Part shown: positions 16,376 through 26,309 of the stretch, piece after piece
Position numbering within the stretch: position 1 is the first letter of the stretch
Layout of the letters: every line of letters starts with the position of its first letter
NCBI GenBank assembly: GCA_033762915.1
Contig: JANRLD010000037.1
Location: 1-28,469, forward strand
Direction of reading: 5' to 3'
Origin: Meiothermus sp.
GTDB taxonomy: Bacteria; Deinococcota; Deinococci; Deinococcales; Thermaceae
DNA: 28,469 nt
Position numbers and translations under genes: made by a program
Notes under the pieces: model-generated
What the model was told of the DNA's origin: nothing
The model's input: the letters and a program-made list of their open reading frames with translations, nothing else
Databases searched by the model: none

Positions 16376-18166
16376 TCATTGCAACCCTACCCCCACCGAG
16401 TCCACATATGTATATCCCAGCGCCTTGATGTCGAGGAACATCTTCTGGAACTGGGCCACGCTCAGGGCCTCGGGGCCATCGTAGGCGGGGTCGAGGATGT
16501 AGGGGTGGAAGAAGTGGCCCGACCAGGGGCAGCGCAGGGCGCGGTTGGCCCTGGCAACCTCGACGATCTTGGCCACCGGCCAGTTGGGCTCGATGCTGCC
16601 CATGTTCTCCGGAACCACCAGGGTGCCGCTCACGTCGCGCACCGGGTAGGGGAAGAACTGCCCGCCGACCATCGAGCCGACGCGGTACAGGCGGCGCTCG
16701 AAGACCCGGCTGTAGACCCCCCTCACACCCGCGTAGAAGTTGGGCTCCATCGCGTAGTGGGGGGTGGTCCAGCCCCTGGGGGTCATGTTGGAAGAGAGGG
16801 TGCTGAGGCCGTTGATGATGCTACGCCCGGTGTTGATGCGGCTGACTGCGCTGTCGCTGGTCTGGTTGGGGATGGGGCCGACGTAAAGCCAGGTGCCATT
16901 GGGGTTGAGGGTGACGCGCCAGAACTCGAAGTCGTCGCCGGTCTCGCCGTAGGGGTTGGCCAGGTTGTCGAACTGGTGGGTGTAGCCGTGCTGGTAGACC
17001 CGCCCGCCGATGTTGGGAATGCGGCGGATTTGGGCCAGGGCCGCCGAGTTGGAGGCCCAGGTCTTCTGAACGGCGGGGATCACCCTGGCGTCGCGGTACA
17101 GCGGGATGACGGTGGCCGAGAAGGGGACGCTGACCCCCACCACCGCATCGAGCATCCGCTTCAGATCGGCCGCGGTGTTGTTGGGGTTGAGGTCTTCCAT
17201 GCGGGCCAGTGCCCTCGGGGCACAGGTCGCATCGCGGCCCATCATGGGGGCAATCAGGTCAGCGAAGACCAGGTAGCGGTCGGTCTCGTGCATGTAGACA
17301 AAGGGGTTGTCGGCCACGTACCAGAAGTTGCCCTTGCGCACGACAAAGGGGATGGTGCGCCCGGCGGCGTTGGCGATGGTGGCATCCACCGTCACCGTGG
17401 CGTCGGCCGCCACCTCCATCACCTCCATGGGGGCGGGGTACTTGGTGTAGGTGTAGCCCCGGTAGCTGACCCTGTTGAAGCCCACAGCATACTCGCTGGG
17501 CTGGTACTCGGGTCGCACCGCCACCCAGGTCAGGCCCAGGCTCTGGAGCACGCCGCCCAGCCGCCATAGGTTGTAGTTGATCCAGACCACCTTGCCGCCC
17601 GCCGCAATGTCGTTGACGAAGGCCTGGGGGATGGGGTTGTCGTAGGTTGAGCCGATGTAGAAGGTCTGGGCGTAGCGGCCGGTGTCGCCCGCCGCGTATT
17701 GCGAGACCGGCTTGCGGGTCACGGTCACGTCGGCATAGCGGCCCAGCAGGTTGGTCAGGAAGGTGGCGTAGAGCTGGGCGGCCTCGAGATAGTTGTAGGC
17801 CTGGGCACTGACCTCGCCGCTGGACTTGCTCAGTTCGTTGTCCTCGCCCTCGTCCTCGTGGTCTTTGTCCTTGTTCTTGTCCTTTTTCTTGCCGTCGATA
17901 TCCATGCGCTGGCGCACCACCCCCGGCTTGGGGCGAAACAGCTTCTTCTGGGCCTGCAGCGAGACCCCCTCCCCCTCGCTGGCAACCGTCATGCTGTCGT
18001 CGTAGAGCACCAGCACGGCGGTTGTGGCCTGAGCGTTCAGGCCCGCCTCGAGTTCGCTGTCCTCAGGGTAGAGGGCCGGCTGCGAGCCGCCGCACGCGGC
18101 CAACACCAGCAGCCCCAGCAAAAATAGAGCCAAGACACCCCAACGCCATCCCCCTGCTCTTTTCAT
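16376..18166 (-). CDS. Lipoprotein with DUF2334/polysaccharide-deacetylase-like domain
   Basis: AAGGAG RBS, lipobox LAAC, and RMEDLNP, YQHGYTHQ, WTTPHYA and FFHP motifs typical of DUF2334/CE4-like folds. Confidence 0.78.
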   Translation of the reverse strand: MKRAGGWRWGVLALFLLGLLVLAACGGSQPALYPEDSELEAGLNAQATTAVLVLYDDSMTVASEGEGVSLQAQKKLFRPKPGVVRQRMDIDGKKKDKNKDKDHEDEGEDNELSKSSGEVSAQAYNYLEAAQLYATFLTNLLGRYADVTVTRKPVSQYAAGDTGRYAQTFYIGSTYDNPIPQAFVNDIAAGGKVVWINYNLWRLGGVLQSLGLTWVAVRPEYQPSEYAVGFNRVSYRGYTYTKYPAPMEVMEVAADATVTVDATIANAAGRTIPFVVRKGNFWYVADNPFVYMHETDRYLVFADLIAPMMGRDATCAPRALARMEDLNPNNTAADLKRMLDAVVGVSVPFSATVIPLYRDARVIPAVQKTWASNSAALAQIRRIPNIGGRVYQHGYTHQFDNLANPYGETGDDFEFWRVTLNPNGTWLYVGPIPNQTSDSAVSRINTGRSIINGLSTLSSNMTPRGWTTPHYAMEPNFYAGVRGVYSRVFERRLYRVGSMVGGQFFPYPVRDVSGTLVVPENMGSIEPNWPVAKIVEVARANRALRCPWSGHFFHPYILDPAYDGPEALSVAQFQKMFLDIKALGYTYVDSVGVGLQ

Positions 18167-18316
18167 AACCCTCTCCTTGATATGCGCCCGGTTGCCCTCG
18201 GGCGTACTGCAAAACGAAAGCGAAATTAAGTCTACCGCCTGGCAGGCGTTCCAATTCATCTGTAACGGAGCTTAACCGGGGGAATAACCCCATTGGGGGT
18301 GATTTGGACCGGGTTG

Positions 18317-18347
18317 CCGGCCCTCGAGCGACCGCGCTCGAGGCCGG
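18317..18347. terminator. GC-rich hairpin downstream of gltX
   Basis: CCGGCCCTCGAGCG/CGCTCGAGGCCGG; no clear U tract. Confidence 0.4.
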
Positions 18348-18386
18348 GAAGGGTTTAACCTCGGTGGGCGTTTCGCGGCGAAGCAC

Positions 18387-19811
18387 TCACCCGGCCCGGG
18401 TGAGCCGCTCGAGCACCTTCTCGCGGCCCAAAATCGTCAGCAGTTCGAACATGCCGGGGGTCTCAAGGCTCCCCGTGATCGCCGCCCGCAGCGGCTGCAT
18501 GACGGCGGCCAGCTTCACTCCCTTGGCGGTGGCGAACTCTTTCAGGCGCGGCTCGAGGGTCTCGGGCAGGAAGTCCGGCGCGTCGCGCAGCAGGGCGAAC
18601 AGCTCGGGCAGGTACTCCGCGCCCTCCCGGAGTTTCGCGGCGGCCTTCTCCTGCAGCGGGTAGTCGTCGCGGAAGAAGTAGGGCGACCGATCCACGAACT
18701 CCTGCAAGGTCTCAAAGCGCGGGCGCATCACCTCGATGACCTGGCGCAAGTAGGTGTCGGAGGGCCAGCCCATCCCGGCCTTCTCGAGAAAGGGCTTGAC
18801 CCTCTCGGCCAGTTCCTCGAGGCTCAGCACCTCGCGGATGTACTTCCCGTTCATCCACCTCAGCTTGTCCAGCCCGAAGACCGGCCCGCCCAGGCTGATG
18901 CGCTCCAGGCTAAAGTGCTCGATCATCTCGGCCACACTGAAAATCTCCCGCTCGTCGGGCATGCTCCAGGCCATCAGGCCCAGGTAGTTCAGGAGCGCCT
19001 CGCTCAGGAAGCCCTGGGCCTTGTAGGAATCCACCGAGGTGTCCATCTTGCGCTTGGAGAGCTTGGACTTATCGGGGTTGCGCAGCAGGGGCGTGTGGCA
19101 CCAGACCGGCTCCTCCCACCCGAAGGCCCGCAAAATCAGGACGTGGAAGGGCGCGGAGGTCAGCCACTCCTCGGCGCGGATGATGTGGGTGACGCCCATG
19201 AGGTGGTCGTCCACCATCGCGGCCAGGTGGTAGGTGGGGAAGCCGTCGGCCTTGAGGATCACCTTGTCGTCGAGCTGGGAGTGGTCGAACTCTACGGGGC
19301 CGCGCAGCAGGTCGTTGACGACCACCTTGCCCTCGAGGGGCGCCTTCAGCCGAACCACAAACGGTTCTCCAGCGGCGGCCCTGGCGTCCGACTCGGCCTT
19401 GGGGCAGTCGCGGTACTTGCGGTTGTAGCCCCGGTAGCTGCTGCCCGACTTCTCGGCCTCCTTGCGGGCGGCCTCGAGTTCGGCCGGGGTGTCGAAGGCC
19501 CGGTAGGCCGCGCCGGACTCGAGCAATTGCTGGGCGTGCTGCTGGTAGATGGGCAGCCGCTCCGACTGAATATACGGGCCGTTGGGGCCGCCCTTGACCG
19601 GCGACTCGTCGGGCGAGAGGCCCAGCCACTCGAGCATGTCCAGGATGCGCTGCTGGCTGGTGGGGTTGAAGCGGGTGCGGTCGGTGTCCTCGATGCGGAC
19701 GACGAAGTGCCCGCCTTGCTGCTTGGCGAACACGTAGTTGAACAGGGCCTGGTAGGCGGTACCCACGTGGGGGTCGCCGGTCGGGGAGGGCGCGATGCGC
19801 GTAACAACCAT
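18387..19811 (-). CDS. gltX: Glutamate--tRNA ligase
   Basis: TRIAPSPTGDPHVG (HIGH-like), RIEDTD, PYIQSER, DGFPTYH, VDDHLM, KLSKR, LRAAITG. Confidence 0.97.
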   Translation of the reverse strand: MVVTRIAPSPTGDPHVGTAYQALFNYVFAKQQGGHFVVRIEDTDRTRFNPTSQQRILDMLEWLGLSPDESPVKGGPNGPYIQSERLPIYQQHAQQLLESGAAYRAFDTPAELEAARKEAEKSGSSYRGYNRKYRDCPKAESDARAAAGEPFVVRLKAPLEGKVVVNDLLRGPVEFDHSQLDDKVILKADGFPTYHLAAMVDDHLMGVTHIIRAEEWLTSAPFHVLILRAFGWEEPVWCHTPLLRNPDKSKLSKRKMDTSVDSYKAQGFLSEALLNYLGLMAWSMPDEREIFSVAEMIEHFSLERISLGGPVFGLDKLRWMNGKYIREVLSLEELAERVKPFLEKAGMGWPSDTYLRQVIEVMRPRFETLQEFVDRSPYFFRDDYPLQEKAAAKLREGAEYLPELFALLRDAPDFLPETLEPRLKEFATAKGVKLAAVMQPLRAAITGSLETPGMFELLTILGREKVLERLTRAG

Positions 19812-19818
19812 GCCCCCT

Positions 19819-19824
19819 AGCTTA
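19819..19824 (-). promoter_or_regulatory. -10 box for leaderless gltX transcript
   Basis: TAAGCT 7 nt before the ATG, with no clear AGGAG-type RBS. Confidence 0.55.
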
Positions 19825-19866
19825 CAGCGCTTCTCGAGCAGACCCTATCAGCGCCGGCAAGGCAGG

Positions 19867-20487
19867 CTACAGCAGCCCCTGCCGCACCGCCTTGATGGCC
19901 GCCTGAGTGCGGTCAGAGGCCGAGAGCTTTTGCAGCAGCTCCTCGACGTGGGTCTTGACCGTCGAGAGGCTGATGCCCAGCCGCCCGGCGATCTCCTTGT
20001 TGCTCAGCCCCTCCGCGATCAGGTGCAGCACCTCGAGTTCCCTCGGGCTCAGCGGGCTCTCTGTTCCGGCGGGCGCGCTCACGTGGCCCAACACGATATG
20101 GGCGATCTGGGGGTCGAGGTAGGTTGAGCCCAGCGCCGCCGCGCGGATCGCCAAGAGTAGCGAGGCCGGGTCGGTGGACTTAAGGCAGTAGGCGTCCGCG
20201 CCGGAGGCCATCGCGGCCAGCACCTCGGCCTCGAGCTGGTGCACTGTGAGCACCACCACCCGCGCCCCGAAGCGCCCCTTGACCAGGCGGGTGGCCTCGA
20301 TGCCGTCGATCCCCGGCAGCCCGATGTCCATTAACACGACCTCGGCGGGGGTGGCCTCCAGGCGCTCGAGGGCCTCCTCCGCACTCCGGGCCTCCCCCAC
20401 CACCCGCAGGTCCGGCTCGCGGTTGATGGCCGCCCGCAGCCCGTCGCGGGTGAAGGCGTGGTCTTCGGTGATAAATACGCGGGTCAT
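19867..20487 (-). CDS. NarL/LuxR-family response regulator
   Basis: ITEDH, VVLMDIGLPGIDGIEAT, LSPRELEVLHLIAEGLSNKEIA...TVKTHV. Confidence 0.93.
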   Translation of the reverse strand: MTRVFITEDHAFTRDGLRAAINREPDLRVVGEARSAEEALERLEATPAEVVLMDIGLPGIDGIEATRLVKGRFGARVVVLTVHQLEAEVLAAMASGADAYCLKSTDPASLLLAIRAAALGSTYLDPQIAHIVLGHVSAPAGTESPLSPRELEVLHLIAEGLSNKEIAGRLGISLSTVKTHVEELLQKLSASDRTQAAIKAVRQGLL

Positions 20488-20649
20488 AAGCGGTGTGGCA
20501 ACAGGAAGGGCAAAGCGGGGTCGACAAGCTACCTTACCAAAACCGCCGTCGCACTCAGCGAAGCGACGGGTCTACCAAGGGCGCGTCCGTTCGGTGTTGC
20601 CAGCGGCCATACTCCCCACAAGCAGCGGGCGGGGGTCTGGAGGTTGGGC

Positions 20650-22119
20650 TTATGGCGCACGACTCACCGCTTCCGCAACCCCAAGGGGGAGCTCCACCCT
20701 GAACATCCCCCCACCCCCGCTCCGCTCGATATAGCCGATCGTCCCGCCGTGGCCCTCGGCGATCCGGCGGGCGAGGTAGAGGCCCAGGCCCTTTCCGCCG
20801 CCCGCCCGCTGGCTCGAGAACCGCGTGAACAGACGCTCCCTGGCCTCGGGGGGTATGGTCTGGCCCCCGTCCACGACCTCGAGGACTGCCATGCTCTGGC
20901 GCTGGCCCACGCGCACCTCCACCAGGCTGTCTGGGGGCGCGAACTTGGCGGCATTGTCGAGCAGGTTTTGCAGCAGGCGGTGCAGCTCCCCCTCGCGGCC
21001 CGACAGCTCGAGGCGGGCGGGGGCGTGGAGTCTGACCTCGATCCCGCGCCCATCGAACAGCGGCCTCAGGCGTTCGACGGCAGACGCGGCGAGCTGCGCC
21101 AAGTCCAGCGGGACCTTGGGGGGCTGGGCCTCGCCGCTCTCGAGCCGCGCTACCAGCAGCAACTGGTCGGCCAGCTCGAGCAGGTCCTGGTTGGCCTCGA
21201 GGCCGTTGCGCAGCGTCCGCCGGTACTCCTCGCTCAGCTCGCCGTAGGCCCCCTCGAGGGCCAGCCTCATGCTCATCGCGTTGGCCATCAGGGGGGTGCG
21301 GAGGTCGTGCGAGAAGGCGTACACCAGGTCACGAATCACCCCGTTGCGCCGGACGATCTCGGACTGCTTGTTCTGGAGGTTGGCGAAGATCTCGGCCTTG
21401 CCCAGCAGGGCTTGCAGCGCGGGGATCAGCTCGGAGAGCAGGCGCTGGCTCTCCTCGAGCCGGGGGTGTTGCAGCAACAGCACCAGGTTGGGGCGCAACT
21501 GCCCCAGCAGGTAGACTCGAGCGTCCAGCAGTGTCTCCCGCACCGCCTTCTGGCTAGCGGTGGGGACTTCGGCGGGGGCCTGCCAGTCCTTGGGGGCGGC
21601 GTAGACCCGCTCGCCCCAGCGCCCGCCGCTCAGACCCATGACGGCAACGGTGTCGGCCTCGAGGAAGTTCTTTAAGAGCCGGGCGGTCTTCTCGAGCAAT
21701 TCCTGGGGTGTGAGCGGGCCGCTGAGGTCCTCGACCAGTTGGCGCAACTGCCGCTCGCGCCGGGTGCGCCGCTCCTCGGCCTGCACCTCCGACAGCCGCA
21801 GCGTGGACTGTGCGGCCTGCAGGCTGAGGAAGGCCACCAAGAAGAACGAGAGCGCGGCCAGGGCACGGTTGAGGGCGGCGGTCATGTCCGGCTCGCCACC
21901 CTGCTGGGCGTTGGTGACACCCGCCGCCACGTTCGCCAGCAGCGCCAGGAGGGTCATGCCCACGGTCAGGCGGCGCGAGAAGGCCAGCGCGGTGAGCGCG
22001 ATGGGGACGTTGTACAGGATGGCGAACACCAATGCCTGCGGGGTGAGCACATCCCCCACGAACACGGCACCCACCAAGGCGGCGCTCAGCAGCCCCAGCG
22101 GCCACAGACTAAATCCCAC
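20650..22119 (-). CDS. Membrane sensor histidine kinase divergent from kdp
   Basis: About four N-terminal TM helices, GAF-like segment, FSHDLRTP, NLLDNAAKF, GKGLGLY. GTG start lies 6 nt after TATACT (22131-22126). Confidence 0.9.
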   Translation of the reverse strand: MGFSLWPLGLLSAALVGAVFVGDVLTPQALVFAILYNVPIALTALAFSRRLTVGMTLLALLANVAAGVTNAQQGGEPDMTAALNRALAALSFFLVAFLSLQAAQSTLRLSEVQAEERRTRRERQLRQLVEDLSGPLTPQELLEKTARLLKNFLEADTVAVMGLSGGRWGERVYAAPKDWQAPAEVPTASQKAVRETLLDARVYLLGQLRPNLVLLLQHPRLEESQRLLSELIPALQALLGKAEIFANLQNKQSEIVRRNGVIRDLVYAFSHDLRTPLMANAMSMRLALEGAYGELSEEYRRTLRNGLEANQDLLELADQLLLVARLESGEAQPPKVPLDLAQLAASAVERLRPLFDGRGIEVRLHAPARLELSGREGELHRLLQNLLDNAAKFAPPDSLVEVRVGQRQSMAVLEVVDGGQTIPPEARERLFTRFSSQRAGGGKGLGLYLARRIAEGHGGTIGYIERSGGGGMFRVELPLGVAEAVSRAP

Positions 22120-22155
22120 CTCATGAGTATAGAAACGCGGCCTGAGAATTGCCCC

Positions 22156-22171
22156 TCGGTCATTTGACCGA
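22156..22171. promoter_or_regulatory. Perfect 7-2-7 inverted repeat, candidate NarL-type operator for kdp
   Basis: TCGGTCA-TT-TGACCGA in the 117-nt divergent gap; candidate -10 TAGGTT at 22216-22221. Confidence 0.65.
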
Positions 22172-22236
22172 CCCCCGCCGCCGTCCGGCCCCTGCCCGCA
22201 CGCAGAGGCCGGGCGTAGGTTGGGGCGGAGGACGCT

Positions 22237-22317
22237 ATGGCCTTGATTCTGGTGGGTCTGGCAGTTTTACTCGGCGGCTATCTGGTGTACGCGCTGCTGC
22301 GCCCGGAGGAGTTTTGA
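22237..22317 (+). CDS. kdpF: K+-transporting ATPase subunit F (26 aa)
   Basis: GGAGG RBS; MALILVGLAVLLGGYLVYALLRPEEF carries the KdpF signature YLxYALxxPExF. Not in the ORF track. Confidence 0.88.
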   Translation: MALILVGLAVLLGGYLVYALLRPEEF

Positions 22318-22319
22318 AC

Positions 22320-22403
22320 GTGGAAATCGTCTTTGCGCTGCTGATTTTGGCGGGCCTGTTCGCCCTATGCGGGGCCTTTATTGAGGGGGCCGAGCGGCTA
22401 TGA
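22320..22403 (+). CDS. Second kdp-associated hydrophobic peptide (27 aa)
   Basis: GGAGGAG RBS, GTG start, [27 protein letters not shown]; stop overlaps the kdpA start (ATGA). Confidence 0.72.
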   Translation: MEIVFALLILAGLFALCGAFIEGAERL

Positions 22404-24139
22404 CCGACGTGGTGCTGATTCTGGCGCTGGCGGTGCTGCTGGCCTGGCCACTGGGGAGGTACATGGCCCGGGTCTTCTCTGGCCAGCGGGTCTTCACCGA
22501 CTTCCTGACGCCCGCGGAGAACGGCCTCTACCGGCTTATGGGCGTCGACCCGGCTCGAGGGATGAACTGGCGCGGCTACGGGATGGCGCTGCTGTGGAGC
22601 AACTTCGCTATGGCGGTGGTGCTCTATGGGGTTCTGGTCTTCCAGGGCTCTCTTCCGCTCAACCCCGACCGGGTCGGCGGCATGAGCTGGGACACTGCTC
22701 TGCACACCGCGGCCAGCTTTGTTACCAACACCAACCAACAGCACTACTCTGGCCAGGCCCAGCTCTCCTACCTGAGCCAGATGATGCTGACCTGGTTCAT
22801 GTTCGTCACCCCCGCCGTGGGGCTGGCGGCGCTGGTGGCGATCCTGCGGGCCTTCACCGGTCGTGACGGGAACCTGAACGAGCACACCCACACGAACCTG
22901 GACGAGCGCACCCGCGGGAACCTGGGCAACTACTACGTGGACGTGACCAGGGGGCTGACTCGAGTCCTGATCCCCCTCTCGCTGGTCTGGGCGCTGTTGC
23001 TGAGCGCTCAGGGCGTGCCCTCGACGTTTGAGGGGGCCAGAACCGTGCAGTTGATCGATCCCCAGACCGTCACCGCGGGCGGCCAGACCGCCACCGTCAC
23101 CGAGCAGGTCATCCCGGTCGGGCCGGTTTCCGCACTGGTCGCCATCAAACAGTTGGGCACCAACGGCGGCGGCTACTACGGCCCCAACTCGGCGGCCCCA
23201 CTGGAGAACCCCACGCCCCTGAGTAACCTGCTCCAGACCCTCGCCATCCTCCTGATCCCCATCGCCCAGGTCTTCATGATCGGCTACCTGCTGGGCGGGC
23301 GGTTCGGGCGGATGGTGTTCGGGGTGATGGCGACGTTCTCGCTCTCGTTCATCGCCCTGATCGTCGCGCTCGAGCGCCAGCCCAACCCGGCCTTCGCGGG
23401 CCTGGCGGCCCCCGGCGGGAACTGGGAGGGCAAGGAGATTCGGTTCGGAATAGACCCCTCGGCCCTCTGGGCCACGCTCACCACCCAGACTTCCAACGGC
23501 TCGGTCAACGCCATGCACGACTCGCTCAACCCGCTCTCCGGCGCGGTGACGCTGGTGGACATGTTCATCAACGCCGCCTGGGGCGGGGTGGGGGTGGGGG
23601 CGATCAATTTTCTGCTCTACGTGATGCTGGCGGTCTTCATCGCTGGGCTGATGGTGGGGCGCACGCCGGAGCTGTTCGGGCGCAGGCTCGAGGCCCGCGA
23701 GATCAAGCTGGTCTCGCTGGTCATCCTGTTGCAGCCGCTGCTGATCCTGCTCCCCACCGCCCTCGCGCTGGGCCTGGGGCTGGCCAACAACTCCAACCCC
23801 GGCCACCATGGCATCTCCCAGGTGCTCTACGAGTACACCTCGGCCTTCGCCAACAACGGCTCGGGCTTCGAGGGGCTGGGCGACGCGACCGTGTGGTGGA
23901 ACATGAGCTGCGCGGCGGTACTGGTGCTGGCGCGGTTCATCCCCATCCTCGCGCCGCTGGCCATTGCGGGCTTCATGGCGGCCAAGCGGGTTGCCCCTGT
24001 GACCAGCGGGACGCTGCGGCTCGAGAGCCCCGCCTTCGCCGTCACTACCTTCTCCGTCATCGTGATTGTCCAGCTCCTTAACTTTGTCCCGGTGCTGGTT
24101 CTCGGCCCCGTGGCCGCGCATTTGGCAGGTGGCCGATGA
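22400..24139 (+). CDS. kdpA: K+-transporting ATPase subunit A
   Basis: Filter motifs [33 protein letters not shown] and ANNGS. Confidence 0.97.
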   Translation: MTDVVLILALAVLLAWPLGRYMARVFSGQRVFTDFLTPAENGLYRLMGVDPARGMNWRGYGMALLWSNFAMAVVLYGVLVFQGSLPLNPDRVGGMSWDTALHTAASFVTNTNQQHYSGQAQLSYLSQMMLTWFMFVTPAVGLAALVAILRAFTGRDGNLNEHTHTNLDERTRGNLGNYYVDVTRGLTRVLIPLSLVWALLLSAQGVPSTFEGARTVQLIDPQTVTAGGQTATVTEQVIPVGPVSALVAIKQLGTNGGGYYGPNSAAPLENPTPLSNLLQTLAILLIPIAQVFMIGYLLGGRFGRMVFGVMATFSLSFIALIVALERQPNPAFAGLAAPGGNWEGKEIRFGIDPSALWATLTTQTSNGSVNAMHDSLNPLSGAVTLVDMFINAAWGGVGVGAINFLLYVMLAVFIAGLMVGRTPELFGRRLEAREIKLVSLVILLQPLLILLPTALALGLGLANNSNPGHHGISQVLYEYTSAFANNGSGFEGLGDATVWWNMSCAAVLVLARFIPILAPLAIAGFMAAKRVAPVTSGTLRLESPAFAVTTFSVIVIVQLLNFVPVLVLGPVAAHLAGGR

Positions 24140-26184
24140 GTCTCGAACTCAAGCAGGCCCGCCGCGAGGCCCGCGAGGGGACCTTTGACTCGAGCGCCGT
24201 CGCACAGGCCATCGGGAAGTCGTTCACGTACCTCAACCCGCGCCGCCAGCTCCGCAACCCGGTAATGTTCGTGGTCTGGGTGGGGACGCTGGTCGCGCTC
24301 TACCTCGCCCTCGCCGACCTCGTCACCGGTAGGCCTTGGGGCTACGACCTGGCCATTGCGCTGCTGCTCTTGCTCACGGTGCTGTTCGCCAACTTCGCCG
24401 AGGCGCTGGCGGAGGCTAGGGGGCGGGCGCAGGCGGCGAGTCTGCGCACCGCCAGAGCCGACCTCAGGGCACTGAGGCTGGTGGGCGAAAGCGCCCAGGA
24501 AATCTCCTCCACCCAGCTGCGCAGGGGTGACCAAATTCTCATCCGCGAGGGCCAGTTGGTTCCTGCCGACGGCGAGATCCGCAAGGGCTTGGCGGTGGTG
24601 GATGAGTCCGCGATTACGGGCGAGTCGGCCCCGGTGGTGCGCGAGGCGGGCACCGACCGCGACGGGGTGACAGCGGGCACCCGGGTGCTCACCGGGGAGA
24701 TCGTCGTCGAGGTCACCTCCAACCCCGGTGAGAGTTTTCTGGATCGGATGATCGCGCTGGTGGAAGGAGCCAGCCGCCAGAAAACCCCCAACGAGATCGC
24801 GCTGTCGGTGCTGCTCTCGGCCCTCACCTTGGTCTTCGTGCTGGTGGTGGCGACGCTGCCGTTCATAGCCAGCTTCGTGAACATCAGTCTGCCGGCCTCG
24901 ACGTTGGTGGCGCTCCTGGTCTGCCTGATCCCCACCACCATAGGCGGCCTGTTGCCCGCCATCGGCATCGCTGGTATGGACCGGGCCTTGAGGGCCAACG
25001 TGATCGCCAAGTCGGGCAAGGCGGTGGAGGTGGCGGGCGACGTGGACACCCTGCTCCTCGACAAGACCGGCACCATCACCCTGGGCGACCGCCAGGCCAG
25101 CGAGTTCCGGCCCGTACAGGGGGTGGCGGCGGCGCGGCTGCGCTACGCCGCCGCCGCTGCCTCGATCAGCGACGCCACGCCTGAGGGCAAGTCCATCGTA
25201 CGGCTGGCCAGGGACCAGGGCACCGCGCTCGAGCCCAAGTCGGCCGAGGGCGCGAAGGTCATCGCCTTCACCGCCCAGACCCGCATGTCTGGGGCCGACC
25301 TGCCCGGCGGCCTGCAGGCGCGCAAGGGCGCGCCCGACCGCATGATGGCGCTGGTGCGGGAGTCCGGCCACGGGGTGCCCGACGAACTGCCGCTGCTGGT
25401 CGACGAGATCGCCCGGGGGGGCGCGACGCCGCTGGTGGTGACCGAGAACGGCCAGGCGCTGGGGGTGGTGGCACTCTCCGACATTGTGAAGACCGGCATC
25501 CGCGAGCGCTTCGCCCAGCTAAGGCGGATGGGCCTGCGCACGGTGATGGTCACCGGCGACAACCCCCTCACCGCCCAGGCCATCGCCGCCGAGGCGGGCG
25601 TGGACGACTTCATCGCCGAGGCCCGGCCCGAGGACAAGCTGCGGCTGATCCGCGAGGAGCAGGCCAGGGGCCGCCTGGTGGCAATGATGGGCGACGGCAC
25701 CAACGACGCCCCCGCGCTGGCCCAGGCCGACGTGGGCCTGGCCATGAACTCTGGCACCCAGGCCGCCAAGGAAGCCGCCAACATGATCGATCTCGACTCC
25801 GACCCCACCAAGCTCCTGGAGGTCGTCGAGATCGGAAAGCAGTTGCTGATCACGCGGGGCTCGCTCACCACCTTCTCGAGGGCCAACGACGTCGCAAAGT
25901 ACTTCGCCATCATCCCCGCGCTGTTCGCAGGCGCGGTTCCAGGCCTCTCAGCCCTGAACGTGATGCAGCTCGAGTCACCCACCTCGGCGGTCCTGTCCGC
26001 CGTCATCTTCAACGCGCTGATCATCCCGGCGCTGGTGCCGCTGGCGCTGCGGGGGGTGAGCTATGTGCCCGGCAGCGCGGACAGTCTGCTGCTGCGCAAC
26101 CTGCTGATCTACGGCCTGGGCGGTTTGGCGCTTCCATTCGTGGCCATCAAGCTGATCGATCTGGCGGTGGGGCTGTTCGTTTGA
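24136..26184 (+). CDS. kdpB: K+-transporting ATPase subunit B (P-type ATPase)
   Basis: [45 protein letters not shown]. Confidence 0.98.
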   Translation: MSLELKQARREAREGTFDSSAVAQAIGKSFTYLNPRRQLRNPVMFVVWVGTLVALYLALADLVTGRPWGYDLAIALLLLLTVLFANFAEALAEARGRAQAASLRTARADLRALRLVGESAQEISSTQLRRGDQILIREGQLVPADGEIRKGLAVVDESAITGESAPVVREAGTDRDGVTAGTRVLTGEIVVEVTSNPGESFLDRMIALVEGASRQKTPNEIALSVLLSALTLVFVLVVATLPFIASFVNISLPASTLVALLVCLIPTTIGGLLPAIGIAGMDRALRANVIAKSGKAVEVAGDVDTLLLDKTGTITLGDRQASEFRPVQGVAAARLRYAAAAASISDATPEGKSIVRLARDQGTALEPKSAEGAKVIAFTAQTRMSGADLPGGLQARKGAPDRMMALVRESGHGVPDELPLLVDEIARGGATPLVVTENGQALGVVALSDIVKTGIRERFAQLRRMGLRTVMVTGDNPLTAQAIAAEAGVDDFIAEARPEDKLRLIREEQARGRLVAMMGDGTNDAPALAQADVGLAMNSGTQAAKEAANMIDLDSDPTKLLEVVEIGKQLLITRGSLTTFSRANDVAKYFAIIPALFAGAVPGLSALNVMQLESPTSAVLSAVIFNALIIPALVPLALRGVSYVPGSADSLLLRNLLIYGLGGLALPFVAIKLIDLAVGLFV

Positions 26185-26309
26185 GTTGATTGGCGTTCTT
26201 GGTAGGGGCGTGCGTCCGCGCAGGCTGTGCGGAGGGGCGGGCACCAGAAACCGCCCCGCAGGAAAAGGCGATAAACCCTAGGGTGTGGCCGTAGATGGTG
26301 AGGGACAAC

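Noticed and set aside
18167..18386. Riboswitch (e.g. c-di-GMP) upstream of the DUF2334 gene
   Set aside because: Hairpins are present but no recognisable aptamer consensus.
22235..26024. Long minus-strand ORFs over kdpA/kdpB, and similar ones over other genes
   Set aside because: Typical antisense shadows in high-GC coding DNA.
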